Positions 37,080 through 46,646 are shown, counted from the first letter of the stretch. The stretch is 64,000 nt of DNA from an uncultured Anaerolineales bacterium (GCA_964453155.1 CAYVQU010000001.1:14770-78769), one strand, 5' to 3'. A program made the numbers and translations. Notes: generated by a model not told the origin, from the sequence alone.

Positions 37080-38045
37080 CTATTCTGCGTGCAGCCAGCA
37101 TTGAACCAGACGGCCTTCTTTATTGACGACCGGCGGGTCCTGGTCACATTTCTCAAAGCGGAAAGAACAGCGCGGGGCGAACCGGCAGCCCGGTTTGAGA
37201 CCAATCAATGACGGGGGCTTACCTGGAATAAACTCAAGTTCCTGGTTGCCACGCAAACGCGGCACGCTGGCCATCAATTTTTGGGAGTAAGGATGCAACG
37301 GAGCGTCGAAGAAGCGGTGGGCGTCACTGACCTCCACAATCTGACCCGCATACATCACGGCCACGCGTTCGGCCAACTCACTGGAAGTAGCGATATCGTG
37401 GGTAATGAGGATGAAGCTGACATCAAATTCTTGCTTGACCCGCTTGAGTAGGTTGAAGATGTTGGTTTGGGTCAACACGTCGAGAGCCGAGGTAGGTTCG
37501 TCAAGGATGACGACTTCGGGGGTGGTTACCAAGGCCATCGCGATAGCCACGCGCTGGCGCATCCCACCGCTCAACTCAAAGGCATAGCGGTTCAAGAAGT
37601 CAACTGGCACACCCACTCGCTGGAACATGTCACTGGCATGAGCCAGGGCTTTCTCCTTCGAAATCCCTGCATGGATCATCAGGGGTTCGGCCACCTGATC
37701 ACCAACTTTGAGCACCGGGTTGAGGGCATTCATAGCTGCTTGGGGCACCATCGACATGCGCACCCAGCGGACCTGGCGCCGATATTCTTCGTCGCCCATG
37801 GCCATCAATTCCATTTCGTTGAGATTGACAGTACCGGCGTAAGTATCAATGTTGCGGGGCAACAATCGCAGGATAGCCCGAGCCAGGGATGTTTTGCCAC
37901 AGCCCGACTCGCCCAGGATGACGATGGCATCGTTATAACCCAAATCGAGGTCAACTTTGTCCACCGCTTGTACAACCCCACCCGAAGCTCGGAAATAGAG
38001 TTGCAAATCTTCGATGTGTAAAAGTGGTTTGTTATTGTTCGTCAT
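37080..38045 (-). CDS. Oligopeptide/dipeptide ABC transporter ATP-binding protein (OppD/DppD-like)
   Basis: GESGCGKTS, LSGGMRQRV, VILDEPTSALD, C-terminal GCRFAPRC. Confidence 0.9.
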   Translation of the reverse strand: MTNNNKPLLHIEDLQLYFRASGGVVQAVDKVDLDLGYNDAIVILGESGCGKTSLARAILRLLPRNIDTYAGTVNLNEMELMAMGDEEYRRQVRWVRMSMVPQAAMNALNPVLKVGDQVAEPLMIHAGISKEKALAHASDMFQRVGVPVDFLNRYAFELSGGMRQRVAIAMALVTTPEVVILDEPTSALDVLTQTNIFNLLKRVKQEFDVSFILITHDIATSSELAERVAVMYAGQIVEVSDAHRFFDAPLHPYSQKLMASVPRLRGNQELEFIPGKPPSLIGLKPGCRFAPRCSFRFEKCDQDPPVVNKEGRLVQCWLHAE

Positions 38046-38048
38046 GGA

Positions 38049-39395
38049 TTACAGACCTCGCAATCGGGGATTGAAGATGCGGTCGAGAGAATAACCGATG
38101 GTGGCGAAAGCCAAACCGGTCATCATCAGCAGGACCGAGGGCTGCAGCACCCAATAGTATTGACCCACATACAGGGCCCCATTGGTGTTGGCCTCATTAA
38201 TGATTTTGCCCCAAGTCGGCAGGATCGGGTCACCAAGACCGAGGACGGCCAGAGAAGCCTCCAAAAACACGAACGCGGGGATTAAAGTTACAAATTGGGG
38301 GATCAGCAGGGGAATGATCCGGGGGATGAGGTAACTGAAAATAATGCGGGTGTGACCAGCTCCATAAGCCTGAGCAGCCTCAATATAGGAGGAGGCTTTT
38401 ACCTGCAAGAACATCGCCCGGTAGGTTTTGATCCCGCCACTAAAGATATTTAGCGCGATGATCACGCCCAACATCATCCAGATACTACGGGAATAAAATG
38501 TACCAACCATGATGAGAATTGGCAGCACCGGCAAAATCAGGTTGACCTCAGTGATCCGCTGAATTAGTTCATCCACCCAGCCACCCATCCAGACACCGAT
38601 CGCAGCGATGATCATGGTGGTAATGGTGGTGCCAACAGCGGCAATCAAACCAAAGGACAAGGCAATCGGGGTCCCCCATAACAAGGCAATCGACAGATCC
38701 CGGCGACGGTGGTCGGTTCCCGCCCAACCTGAAACCCGACCAAACATCACTAATTCGGCATCGACATCGACGCCTTCTTCAAAGACCAGACCGGTAATCT
38801 GAAGTTCATAATTGCCTTTGAGAGGAACCTGCTCTTCAGAATTGGGATCGGCAAACAAAGCTACTTGAGGGGCTTCCCCCTTCAACTTCCGCTGTAAACG
38901 CTCATCTTGTGAAACCCGGTAAGTCTGATGGCTTTTCTCCAAAGAAAGACTACTAAAGCGAATCTCGCGACCATCCGGCGTCACCCATGTAAGTGAGATA
39001 TGGGAAAACTTCTCTTCGAAATCACTCTTGAAAATGAGGGAAATTTCATCCGGGAATTCATCGGCCTGATAATCGAATTTGAAAGAGAACATAATGTCGG
39101 TCGATTCTTCACCGGCTTTTTCATATGTTTTAACAATTTCTTCATCAGCAGAATTCAATACCACAGTCTCGGGTAGTTTTTCATTGCGGAACCAGTTGAC
39201 CCACACAGGGGCCGCGGTTTTGGGGGAGTTGTACCAGACTTCCTCGCCACCCCGCCACATGTAAACCGCCTCGTTATAGGGAATAGCAATCATTGTAAAA
39301 ATGGAGATTCCAATCAGACCAAAGATGATCGCCAGCCCCACCATTGCGGAGGGATAATTTCTAATCTCAGAAAATGTTCTTTTTAACCAGTTCAT
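38049..39395 (-). CDS. OppC/DppC-type ABC permease with ~190-aa extracytoplasmic insert after TM1
   Basis: 448 aa. TM1 is MVGLAIIFGLIGISIFTMIAI, followed by a long hydrophilic segment up to GTDHRRRDL, then the five-TM core with EAA loop SYIEAAQAYGAGHTRIIFSYLIPRI. Confidence 0.88.
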   Translation of the reverse strand: MNWLKRTFSEIRNYPSAMVGLAIIFGLIGISIFTMIAIPYNEAVYMWRGGEEVWYNSPKTAAPVWVNWFRNEKLPETVVLNSADEEIVKTYEKAGEESTDIMFSFKFDYQADEFPDEISLIFKSDFEEKFSHISLTWVTPDGREIRFSSLSLEKSHQTYRVSQDERLQRKLKGEAPQVALFADPNSEEQVPLKGNYELQITGLVFEEGVDVDAELVMFGRVSGWAGTDHRRRDLSIALLWGTPIALSFGLIAAVGTTITTMIIAAIGVWMGGWVDELIQRITEVNLILPVLPILIMVGTFYSRSIWMMLGVIIALNIFSGGIKTYRAMFLQVKASSYIEAAQAYGAGHTRIIFSYLIPRIIPLLIPQFVTLIPAFVFLEASLAVLGLGDPILPTWGKIINEANTNGALYVGQYYWVLQPSVLLMMTGLAFATIGYSLDRIFNPRLRGL

Positions 39396-40534
39396 GCTCG
39401 GCCTCGTTCTCCTACCCGTACCCGGGGATCTACCAGGGCATAGATGAAGTCCAACAAGAAGACGGTGATCGCCAAAAGATAGGCGTAAATCACGCTGGAA
39501 CCCACGATCACGGGGGTATCATACAGCCCAATGGCGCGGAAGAGGGCGCGCCCCAATCCTGGCCAGTTGAACGTGGTTTCCAAAATGATGGCCCCGGTCC
39601 AGAGACCGATCAACATCAGTGCAAAGGAGGTGATGATGGTCGGTAAGGTCGGGCGCAAGACATAGCGGCGTTCAATATCTCGGGAGGACAAACCTTTGGC
39701 TTTGGCCATTTCAACGTAGTCTTCACTAGAATAAATCAGGAAGAACGTGCGCCAATTATAGGCGCTCAAGAAAACGCCACTGATCAATTGGGCCATTACG
39801 GGCAAAATTAAATGCTTGCCAAGGCTCAAAGCATATTCTAGGGGATTATCTGGCGGCGGAGCATCAACCATCCCCCCAAAGGGTAGTACTCCCAAAACAG
39901 AAGCGAACAAAATGATCAAAAATAGACCATAAAACCAGCCGGGTGCAGATCCGGTGGGGGCCATACCAATGATCAATTTATCCAGGAAACTACCATAACG
40001 TCGGGAGAGGAATAAAGCCCCAAACAAGGCAATGAAGAATAACAACAGATTGGATAACCCCCACAATACCAGGGTGGAGGGCAGCCGTTCGAGGATGATT
40101 AATTTCACCGTTTTCGAACCGCTGTCACTGATCATCATTTCAGCCATCCCCAAATTGAGGGTAATAGCATCCCGTAAGAAGCCAAAACTGCGGACGATGA
40201 AGGGCTGATCCAACCCCAGGCGCTTTTCCAAAACGGCGACCTGTTCATCAATCAACCCCTGTTTTTCTTCGGGAGATAACGCGCGCATTTCGGCACTTTG
40301 ATCCTGGAAGATCGCCACCGAAACTTGCTCGCGAATGGCACCTTTGCGAATTTCATCCACGTACCCACCCATGTTGGCGATTAAGATGGTCAGGTAAATC
40401 CCAACCGTTACGGTCAGGGCCAAAACCACCAGGCGGGTCGCGGTGAAACGAGCTAATTTCGCAAAGTTGCCGCTGCCAGACTTCTGTTCCGATTTTTCGG
40501 ATTCCGCTGGCACGGGCATCGTTGTTTCGCTCAT
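39392..40534 (-). CDS. OppB/DppB-type ABC permease
   Basis: 380 aa. EAA loop EDYVEMAKAKGLSSRDIERRYVLRPT. The stop overlaps the oppC-like start (ATGA). Confidence 0.88.
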   Translation of the reverse strand: MSETTMPVPAESEKSEQKSGSGNFAKLARFTATRLVVLALTVTVGIYLTILIANMGGYVDEIRKGAIREQVSVAIFQDQSAEMRALSPEEKQGLIDEQVAVLEKRLGLDQPFIVRSFGFLRDAITLNLGMAEMMISDSGSKTVKLIILERLPSTLVLWGLSNLLLFFIALFGALFLSRRYGSFLDKLIIGMAPTGSAPGWFYGLFLIILFASVLGVLPFGGMVDAPPPDNPLEYALSLGKHLILPVMAQLISGVFLSAYNWRTFFLIYSSEDYVEMAKAKGLSSRDIERRYVLRPTLPTIITSFALMLIGLWTGAIILETTFNWPGLGRALFRAIGLYDTPVIVGSSVIYAYLLAITVFLLDFIYALVDPRVRVGERGRA

Positions 40535-40656
40535 ATCTCTTTTCCTTTCTTATTAGCGTCGCAATTGGCGACAAAAAATCGATAGAGTAAGGTGGGCACC
40601 ATACCCCTATCGACTTATATACTAATTTGGTTCACATTTTGTTCGAAAATTTGCTT

Positions 40657-40718
40657 AGGAATATGGTTACAAAGGATTACAAATACATTACAAATTTCAA
40701 TACTGAAACCACATTCCT
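40657..40718 (-). promoter_or_regulatory. Three helically phased TTACAAA direct repeats enclosed by a 12-bp imperfect inverted repeat, upstream of the oppB-like gene
   Basis: TTACAAA occurs at 40667-73, 40677-83 and 40688-94 (spacing 10 and 11 nt). The flanks AGGAATATGGTT (40657-68) and AACCACATTCCT (40707-18) are complementary with one mismatch. Confidence 0.4.
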
Positions 40719-40731
40719 AAAAAGATTTTCC

Positions 40732-40770
40732 AAAAAAAATCCTGGAGAGACACTGGCGTGTCTCTCCAGG
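40732..40770 (-). terminator. Strong intrinsic terminator directly after the 872-aa SBP gene
   Basis: Perfect 13-bp stem CCTGGAGAGACAC / GTGTCTCTCCAGG with loop TGGC (40741-40770), followed on the - strand by U8 (A8 at 40732-40739). Confidence 0.85.
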
Positions 40771-40787
40771 GATATTACTGTGTTAGG

Positions 40788-43406
40788 CTAGGGGGCCGTA
40801 ACAAACTGGAAGGTGTCGCGAACGGGCACGAGGGCGCGTTTGGAAACGACGATCACAGCCAGTTGGTTGGAGCCTTCAGCCAAACCACCGGAGACATCGC
40901 CACTGATGGTGGCAGTCCAGTAGCCGTCTTCCACGGCTTCGGCATCACCGACGAATACGAGTTCGCCAGTGGCGTCGAAGACCAGGTAGCGGACCATGGA
41001 AATGTCATCGACAGCGTAAGGTTCGCCAGCGAGATCTACAAAGACATCGTAAACGGCCTCATCACCAATGGTGACGCGGTCGGCACCGTCCAAGAGAACC
41101 TCGGGGATCGGCGGGGCCGCGAAGCGGTCCCAGCGATTGGCGGCGTAGGGGAAGTCGGGGTTGTACTGCAGGATGATGGTGCCTTCAACCGGGAAAGCCT
41201 TCTGCATGTAGTACGGACCGGTGTTGACCCAGAAGTGGCCATAGCGGCGGTGCCATTCTTGCAGGTTGGCATAGCGGGCGGCGGCGTCATCAGCCGTGAT
41301 GTACTGACCGAGGGTCGGTTCGTAAGGAATCAAACCATCGGCGGCAGCGGTATCCAGGTTGGCTTTCATGATGTCCAGGGTCGGACCAGCAATCCAGCTC
41401 ATCCATTCCACACCGAGTTCTTCGGCTTTGTCGGCGGAGAAAGCAGCTTCACCATTGGCTTCGGCCATCCAGGCAGGAACCAAAACGTGCCAAGCGAACT
41501 CACCGTCTTGCGATTGGGCGGAGTGCATTGCCCGACCGTTGGTGATGTTGTTCTCAGCATCCAGACCGTAAGCATCGGTGTAGTATTCCACCGTGAAGGG
41601 GCTCTCAGATGTAATCTTCCAGCCTTTGAAAGCGCTCATGAAGGTTTCAAAGCTCGGAACCTGAGCAGCATCGAAGATTGGGGAGGCCTCTTTGGCCTGA
41701 TCGAAAGTCATAATAGCGTACATGACGTGGTCAGCAATGGTGACCGGGCTGCCATCGTGCCATTTGACTTTGTCGAAGTAGTCATCTTCATAGGTCATGA
41801 CAACTTTGGACAGAGCGGAAACGCCATCGGGGAAACGTTCACTGGCGGGAATGAAGACTTGGGCTTCGGCATCCCAGTCGGCCCAGGCGTCAGCGGGAAC
41901 TTCGATGCTGCCAGCCGGAACGAATTCCAGGGTGGCCCAATCGAGGTTCTGCTCAACGGGCAGACCTTCTTCCACGTAAACCTCAGCCGATTGCAGCAGG
42001 TAAGGCAAGCGGAGACCGGTGAAGGGATCGGGAACCACGGCGAAGGTGTTCATACCACGGATGGGCATCATGTCGTATACCCAGTTGGTACCCGCAATCG
42101 GGTTCCAGGGCTCGGTCATAATGCTGGGCATCGCGATGGTCATCGAGCCACCGACCTGGTCGGTGAACTTGATGGTGTCGGCCCACAGCCAGGAGCCGTA
42201 GATCGAACCAGACAAGTCAGAGGCCAGGGCAACATTGGCGGCATGCGGGGCAATACCGGTGTCGTCCTTCAGCCAAATGCGCTGGGAGTCGAGCAAGGTC
42301 TCGGTCAGGGCGGTGCGCATCAATTCGGCGCGCTCTTCGAGGTTGGCGAATTCACTGTTGTTCAGCTTGGTCGAAACGTCATAGAAGGTCTCCGAGGGGG
42401 AGTAAGCCTGCCATGGCGGGAAGGGCAAACCATCGGGGGTGTAGAAGAAGCTGAAGTTGCCAGCGGCATCACGGGAGATGGCGGTGGAAACCCAACCACC
42501 GGTGTAGAAGTGGGCACAACCATCATCGGGGTTACCACGCAGCCAGCAGGGGGAAGCCTCAGAAGAGGTTTTGTAATCGCGCTGGACGGTGAAACCGATG
42601 TCCTCGAGCAAGTTGGAGACGTAGTCACCAATCTCAAGGCGCTCATCCTCAACACGGATCAGACCGATGAGGACGACAGGTTCGCCATTGTACTGCCATT
42701 TGCCATCAACCATTTCGGCACCCAGGGCTTCCATCTCGGCGGTGATAACTTCCACGGCTTTGTCAGGATTGTGGGCGTATTTCAGAGCGATAGCGGCAAT
42801 CGCGTCGGCCAACACTGCGGCATCTTTCGAAGCGTAGTTGATGGGCACGAAGCGGGGCACAGCCATACCACCGGTAATTTCATCGGCAATATAGGCGCGG
42901 TCGACCAACCAGTTCATGGCTTCACGGATTTTGTCCGAGAAGAACGGGTTGAGGCGGCCATCGGTGAATTCGGCTGCAGTCGAGGGCATGAAGGTCAGGT
43001 CGTTGTAGTTACCATAAGCGGTCTGGTACGCCAGAACCTCAGAGTCGAAAATGCGCTGGGCAGGATCGGGCTCGGAGATGTTGTAGGCGTAGACATCGAT
43101 GTCGCCAGCTTCCAGGCGGGAAATGGCAGCATCGGTCTCGGGCTCTTCAACGAAAATGACGGTATCAAGCCAACCACCGTCGCGATCAACCGGTTCGGGC
43201 TCAGCTTCGACTTCGACAATTTTCTCGACTTCGACAACTTTCTCGACCTCAACGGTCTCGACGACTGTCTCTCCTTCTGTTTCGACAACCACGGTCTCAA
43301 CTACCGTGATGGTCTCAGGCTCGGCAACGGGAGCAGGCTGGCAGGCAGCTAAAGCCATGCTAGCAACAACCAACAAACCGAGCACAAGGGCTAATTTTTT
43401 ATACAT
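40788..43406 (-). CDS. ABC transporter substrate-binding lipoprotein, family 5, oversized (872 aa), probably highly expressed
   Basis: MYKKLALVLGLLVVASMALAAC lipobox, a Val/Glu repeat tether, and an SBP_bac_5-like body. Double SD GGAGGAATAAGGAAAT precedes the ATG. Codon choice is strongly GC3-biased (see finding). Confidence 0.9.
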   Translation of the reverse strand: MYKKLALVLGLLVVASMALAACQPAPVAEPETITVVETVVVETEGETVVETVEVEKVVEVEKIVEVEAEPEPVDRDGGWLDTVIFVEEPETDAAISRLEAGDIDVYAYNISEPDPAQRIFDSEVLAYQTAYGNYNDLTFMPSTAAEFTDGRLNPFFSDKIREAMNWLVDRAYIADEITGGMAVPRFVPINYASKDAAVLADAIAAIALKYAHNPDKAVEVITAEMEALGAEMVDGKWQYNGEPVVLIGLIRVEDERLEIGDYVSNLLEDIGFTVQRDYKTSSEASPCWLRGNPDDGCAHFYTGGWVSTAISRDAAGNFSFFYTPDGLPFPPWQAYSPSETFYDVSTKLNNSEFANLEERAELMRTALTETLLDSQRIWLKDDTGIAPHAANVALASDLSGSIYGSWLWADTIKFTDQVGGSMTIAMPSIMTEPWNPIAGTNWVYDMMPIRGMNTFAVVPDPFTGLRLPYLLQSAEVYVEEGLPVEQNLDWATLEFVPAGSIEVPADAWADWDAEAQVFIPASERFPDGVSALSKVVMTYEDDYFDKVKWHDGSPVTIADHVMYAIMTFDQAKEASPIFDAAQVPSFETFMSAFKGWKITSESPFTVEYYTDAYGLDAENNITNGRAMHSAQSQDGEFAWHVLVPAWMAEANGEAAFSADKAEELGVEWMSWIAGPTLDIMKANLDTAAADGLIPYEPTLGQYITADDAAARYANLQEWHRRYGHFWVNTGPYYMQKAFPVEGTIILQYNPDFPYAANRWDRFAAPPIPEVLLDGADRVTIGDEAVYDVFVDLAGEPYAVDDISMVRYLVFDATGELVFVGDAEAVEDGYWTATISGDVSGGLAEGSNQLAVIVVSKRALVPVRDTFQFVTAP

Positions 43407-43708
43407 ATTTCCTTATTCCTCCATAGGATTTTGGGTTGATAAAAAAACTTGCAACGAGCAATAAATCTTTGTTTTATTTTTCCTCCTGGGCACCACCTCC
43501 TTTCAAAATACTGAGACGCGTCAGATTTTGATTGAAATCTTAGAGAAAATTTCCTCAAAAAACCAACACTTTTTTAATCCGGTAAATTATGCAGTATTGT
43601 GAACATATTGTAAAAGGCTGAGAAATTATATCATAACCTTTTTTATGAAATATTTACAATCTTCACACTACAAATAGTGAATTGTCATAGGGATGCTAGT
43701 CAAAGCTC

Positions 43709-45703
43709 CTATTTTTGACAATTCTCACCATAATCGAACGATTCTAATTGGCTGAGCGCCGAGTTAGAAACTGGATCAACCTGAACGCCACACATATCTG
43801 AACGCTGGGCAACCAACCGAATGCGAGGATACAGGGGCAAAACCGGCAAATCTTCGGCAAAAATCAATTGCATTTGCCCGATTGCATTCTGAAAGACCTC
43901 ACTCTCGGGGATTGCGTACTGAAATTGGTGACAGTAGGCATCAAAGGTCGAATTGCGGTACCCTGAAACATTGGCCCCGCCCCAGCCCTTAGTTGAACCG
44001 GGTTCAAGTCCGGGAACTTCTGCACTAGTAAATAAAGAACACATTGGCGTGAGATTCGTTGCCCAGGCGAATTGAACCATATCAAATTTGCGGCCAAATA
44101 TGAGACCTTCTGGCCCTGAATTGAAAAGGGTTTGCCATTCATCCTGAACAACTTCAACCCCCAGCCCACATTGCCGCAAATTGGCGGCAATCATTTCTGC
44201 CACTTCGGGTCGCTCAGCATCATTTGGAACGCTTAATTTCACCACAAATGGCGTACCATTGGGCACATTTGGAATTCCAGAGGCTGTCCGGGGAGTATCA
44301 GGGTTGAGATCAAAATCGACCCAACCCGCCAAAGCGAACCTGCGAGCAGCTTCTTCAGGATCGAACGAATAGACAGCTACATCTGGGTTCGCCAAGGGAT
44401 GATTCGGCGGGACAAATGTAGCTGGCACTGGTGGAACGCCAAATAGAAATTGGTCTATCAAGGCCTGGCGATCGATACAATGAGCGATCCCTTGACGTAA
44501 AGCGGCGGCTTCAAATAAATCGTAGCGGTTGAGGGTTAGTGTATCAATCCCGAAAGCCAATAATTCCCAGGCAGTTCCTAATTGAATATCAAATTCAAGG
44601 CGGCCATTTTCTTGTTCGGCTCGCAAGCGGGGAACTTCGGTTTCGAGCAATGCCGATCGATCAACATAATCACACTCATTGATGATGACCGCATCGATCG
44701 CGGCAGAACTGGAGGGCATAAACCGGAAGACCAAATGATCAAAATACGGTAGCCCCTCCGTCGTTCGAAAGTAATGTGGGTTAGGGCTGAGAGTGATATG
44801 ATCCCCAGAAATCCACTCATCAATCACATAAGGCCCCCATCCTAATGGGGTTCGGTTGGAGATATCTGCCGAGAACAACTCGGCGGAAGTTAGGTGCTGC
44901 CAAAGATGTTGAGGTAAGGGGGAGAAAAATTTGGTGGCATAATCCCCAAGATATCCTGGGATGCCAACCCACTCCACTGTGATCTCATCTACAGCCTGAT
45001 ATGCCTGCGTAAATCGAAGAATTTCTACACCGGTATTGGCAAAAATTTCTCGAAATACTTCAAACGAATAAACTGAATCAAATGCAGTTACGGGAGTCCC
45101 ATCAGACCAAGATACTCCTGGCACTAGTGAAAATTGTACTCGCATTTCATCCATTTGAACTGCATCGGTACCCTCGTATTCAAGCGCGCAATCTTGCTCT
45201 TGGCAACCGGTCGGGAAGTAGCGCACGCCACCTTGTAATGCAACCCAATTGCGATCTGCATCTAGGATAATCTCACCAGGAGAAACATCTATCGGTTTTA
45301 AAAGTACATCTCCATCCATCAAAGATGGAATTTTTTCTAAGATAACCGGATTGGGCGTGAAATTATTCCAATCAATCGGCCCATCATAGATTGCTTGTCG
45401 GACACTTTGAGCAACTGAGGATGAATCACCATAAAGAAATAGAGATGCTGGTTCAGCGCCTAAACAAACCGTCAGTGTCCGTTTGGGTTTCGGGGTTACC
45501 GAAGGGGTCGTGGTGATTGCGGGGGTTGGGTCTACCGGGATTTCGGTTGCTGTTTCGGCTGCAACCAAAATTGCGTCCACTGTAGGGCTTGAAATCACTT
45601 CCACCTTACAGGCTGTTAAACCACTCAGAAGAATCACAGTCAGGATGACTGCCATTTTCTTTACATTTATTGTGCTCTGGAAAAAGTGGGGTGGCAAGTT
45701 CAT
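43709..45703 (-). CDS. ABC transporter substrate-binding lipoprotein, family 5 (664 aa)
   Basis: KKMAVILTVILLSGLTAC lipobox, a PT-rich tether, and an SBP_bac_5-like body. An alternative ATG lies at 45655. Confidence 0.85.
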   Translation of the reverse strand: MNLPPHFFQSTINVKKMAVILTVILLSGLTACKVEVISSPTVDAILVAAETATEIPVDPTPAITTTPSVTPKPKRTLTVCLGAEPASLFLYGDSSSVAQSVRQAIYDGPIDWNNFTPNPVILEKIPSLMDGDVLLKPIDVSPGEIILDADRNWVALQGGVRYFPTGCQEQDCALEYEGTDAVQMDEMRVQFSLVPGVSWSDGTPVTAFDSVYSFEVFREIFANTGVEILRFTQAYQAVDEITVEWVGIPGYLGDYATKFFSPLPQHLWQHLTSAELFSADISNRTPLGWGPYVIDEWISGDHITLSPNPHYFRTTEGLPYFDHLVFRFMPSSSAAIDAVIINECDYVDRSALLETEVPRLRAEQENGRLEFDIQLGTAWELLAFGIDTLTLNRYDLFEAAALRQGIAHCIDRQALIDQFLFGVPPVPATFVPPNHPLANPDVAVYSFDPEEAARRFALAGWVDFDLNPDTPRTASGIPNVPNGTPFVVKLSVPNDAERPEVAEMIAANLRQCGLGVEVVQDEWQTLFNSGPEGLIFGRKFDMVQFAWATNLTPMCSLFTSAEVPGLEPGSTKGWGGANVSGYRNSTFDAYCHQFQYAIPESEVFQNAIGQMQLIFAEDLPVLPLYPRIRLVAQRSDMCGVQVDPVSNSALSQLESFDYGENCQK

Positions 45704-45820
45704 TGAGTTCCAAGTTACGAGCTTGTTATCAATCTAACCAAAACGCCAATACAACTTTTTGTTAAGGTTGGTTCCTGCCAACGAGGAGGAATTCAAATTG
45801 GAATAATACATAAAGGCCAG

Positions 45821-46084
45821 TTAGCACATCCCGAAAGCGCAAATTTTAAGGGAATGGACATCTGTCATCTTCAACCGATAAAGTGATAGATCGTTATTGT
45901 CTTCGAAAGTCAAGGCCAAATAGACTGAAACCAAAGACATTTTAGGATTTTCTCCGCGCGAGGCCGCTTGCAAAAGTCGATTTTTGCCAAATGCCGGTGG
46001 ATTTTTTCGTCCAACCCAATTCTTTAGGGTTCTACTCAAACTTAAATCAACGGTATCGAACCGTTCCATTTTAGGTAAACTCAT
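45821..46084 (-). CDS. Hypothetical small protein overlapping the ECF sigma stop (anti-sigma position, but no anti-sigma motif seen)
   Basis: 87 aa. Its ATG at 46084 overlaps the sigma gene by 14 nt. There is no HxxxCxxC motif and no full-length TM segment. Confidence 0.35.
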   Translation of the reverse strand: MSLPKMERFDTVDLSLSRTLKNWVGRKNPPAFGKNRLLQAASRGENPKMSLVSVYLALTFEDNNDLSLYRLKMTDVHSLKICAFGMC

Positions 46085-46646
46085 ATTGTACCTCCCGGAG
46101 ATCTAACCCATTGGATTCAAGTTCTGTCTTCAGGGCCTTACGCCCGTAATACAATCGCGATTTGACCGTTCCAACGGGTACATCCAGGACTTCAGATATT
46201 TCCTGTAAAGATAAATCATTAATATAATAAAGTACGACTACCATTCTTTGCGAGAGTGGTAATCCCGTAATCGCTTGATGGATATCCTGCCACTCTTCAT
46301 CTTTTTCAGCTAAATAAGAGGGAGATTGTTTCTTCCCCCCGGTCAGCCATTCGGCCATATCTTCTAAAGGTTGTAACCAGCGTTTGCGCCGTTTGACATA
46401 AGTGTAAGTCAAATTTGTGGTTGCGCGATACAGCCAAGGCTCTAACGGCCGGTTATGATCAATGCGGTCGGCGAACCGGTGCATCCGCAGAAAAACATCT
46501 TGCAGTAAATCCGCGGCCGCGGCTTCATCACCCGTGACTGCCAGGGCAGTACGATATACCATGTGCTGGTGCCGATCGTATAACTCCCCTAATGCATGTA
46601 AACTACCACTTTGAAGTCGGAGAATAAGTTCGCCGTCGCTGATCAC
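46071..46646 (-). CDS. ECF-type RNA polymerase sigma-70 family factor
   Basis: 191 aa. Region 2 DLLQDVFLRMHRF...PWLYRATTN. Region 4 HTH LSLQEISEVLDVPVGTVKSRLYYGRKAL. GTG start with GAGAGG upstream. Confidence 0.88.
   Translation of the reverse strand: MISDGELILRLQSGSLHALGELYDRHQHMVYRTALAVTGDEAAAADLLQDVFLRMHRFADRIDHNRPLEPWLYRATTNLTYTYVKRRKRWLQPLEDMAEWLTGGKKQSPSYLAEKDEEWQDIHQAITGLPLSQRMVVVLYYINDLSLQEISEVLDVPVGTVKSRLYYGRKALKTELESNGLDLREVQYEFT

Noticed and set aside
40758-43352. 864-aa + strand ORF, the longest + ORF in the window
   Set aside because: It is exactly antisense and in register with the 872-aa SBP gene, which has a lipobox, an SD and a terminator. Its translation is Gly/Val/Asp-rich low-complexity sequence with no motif. 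Its start lies inside the SBP terminator hairpin. I treat it as a codon-bias shadow and report it only as a compositional finding.
43625-43633. Extended -10 promoter (TGATATAAT on the - strand) for the 872-aa SBP gene
   Set aside because: The sequence is present but has no convincing -35 element. It would imply a ~215-nt leader, and in AT-rich intergenic DNA such matches are expected by chance. It is not reported as a feature without TSS data.
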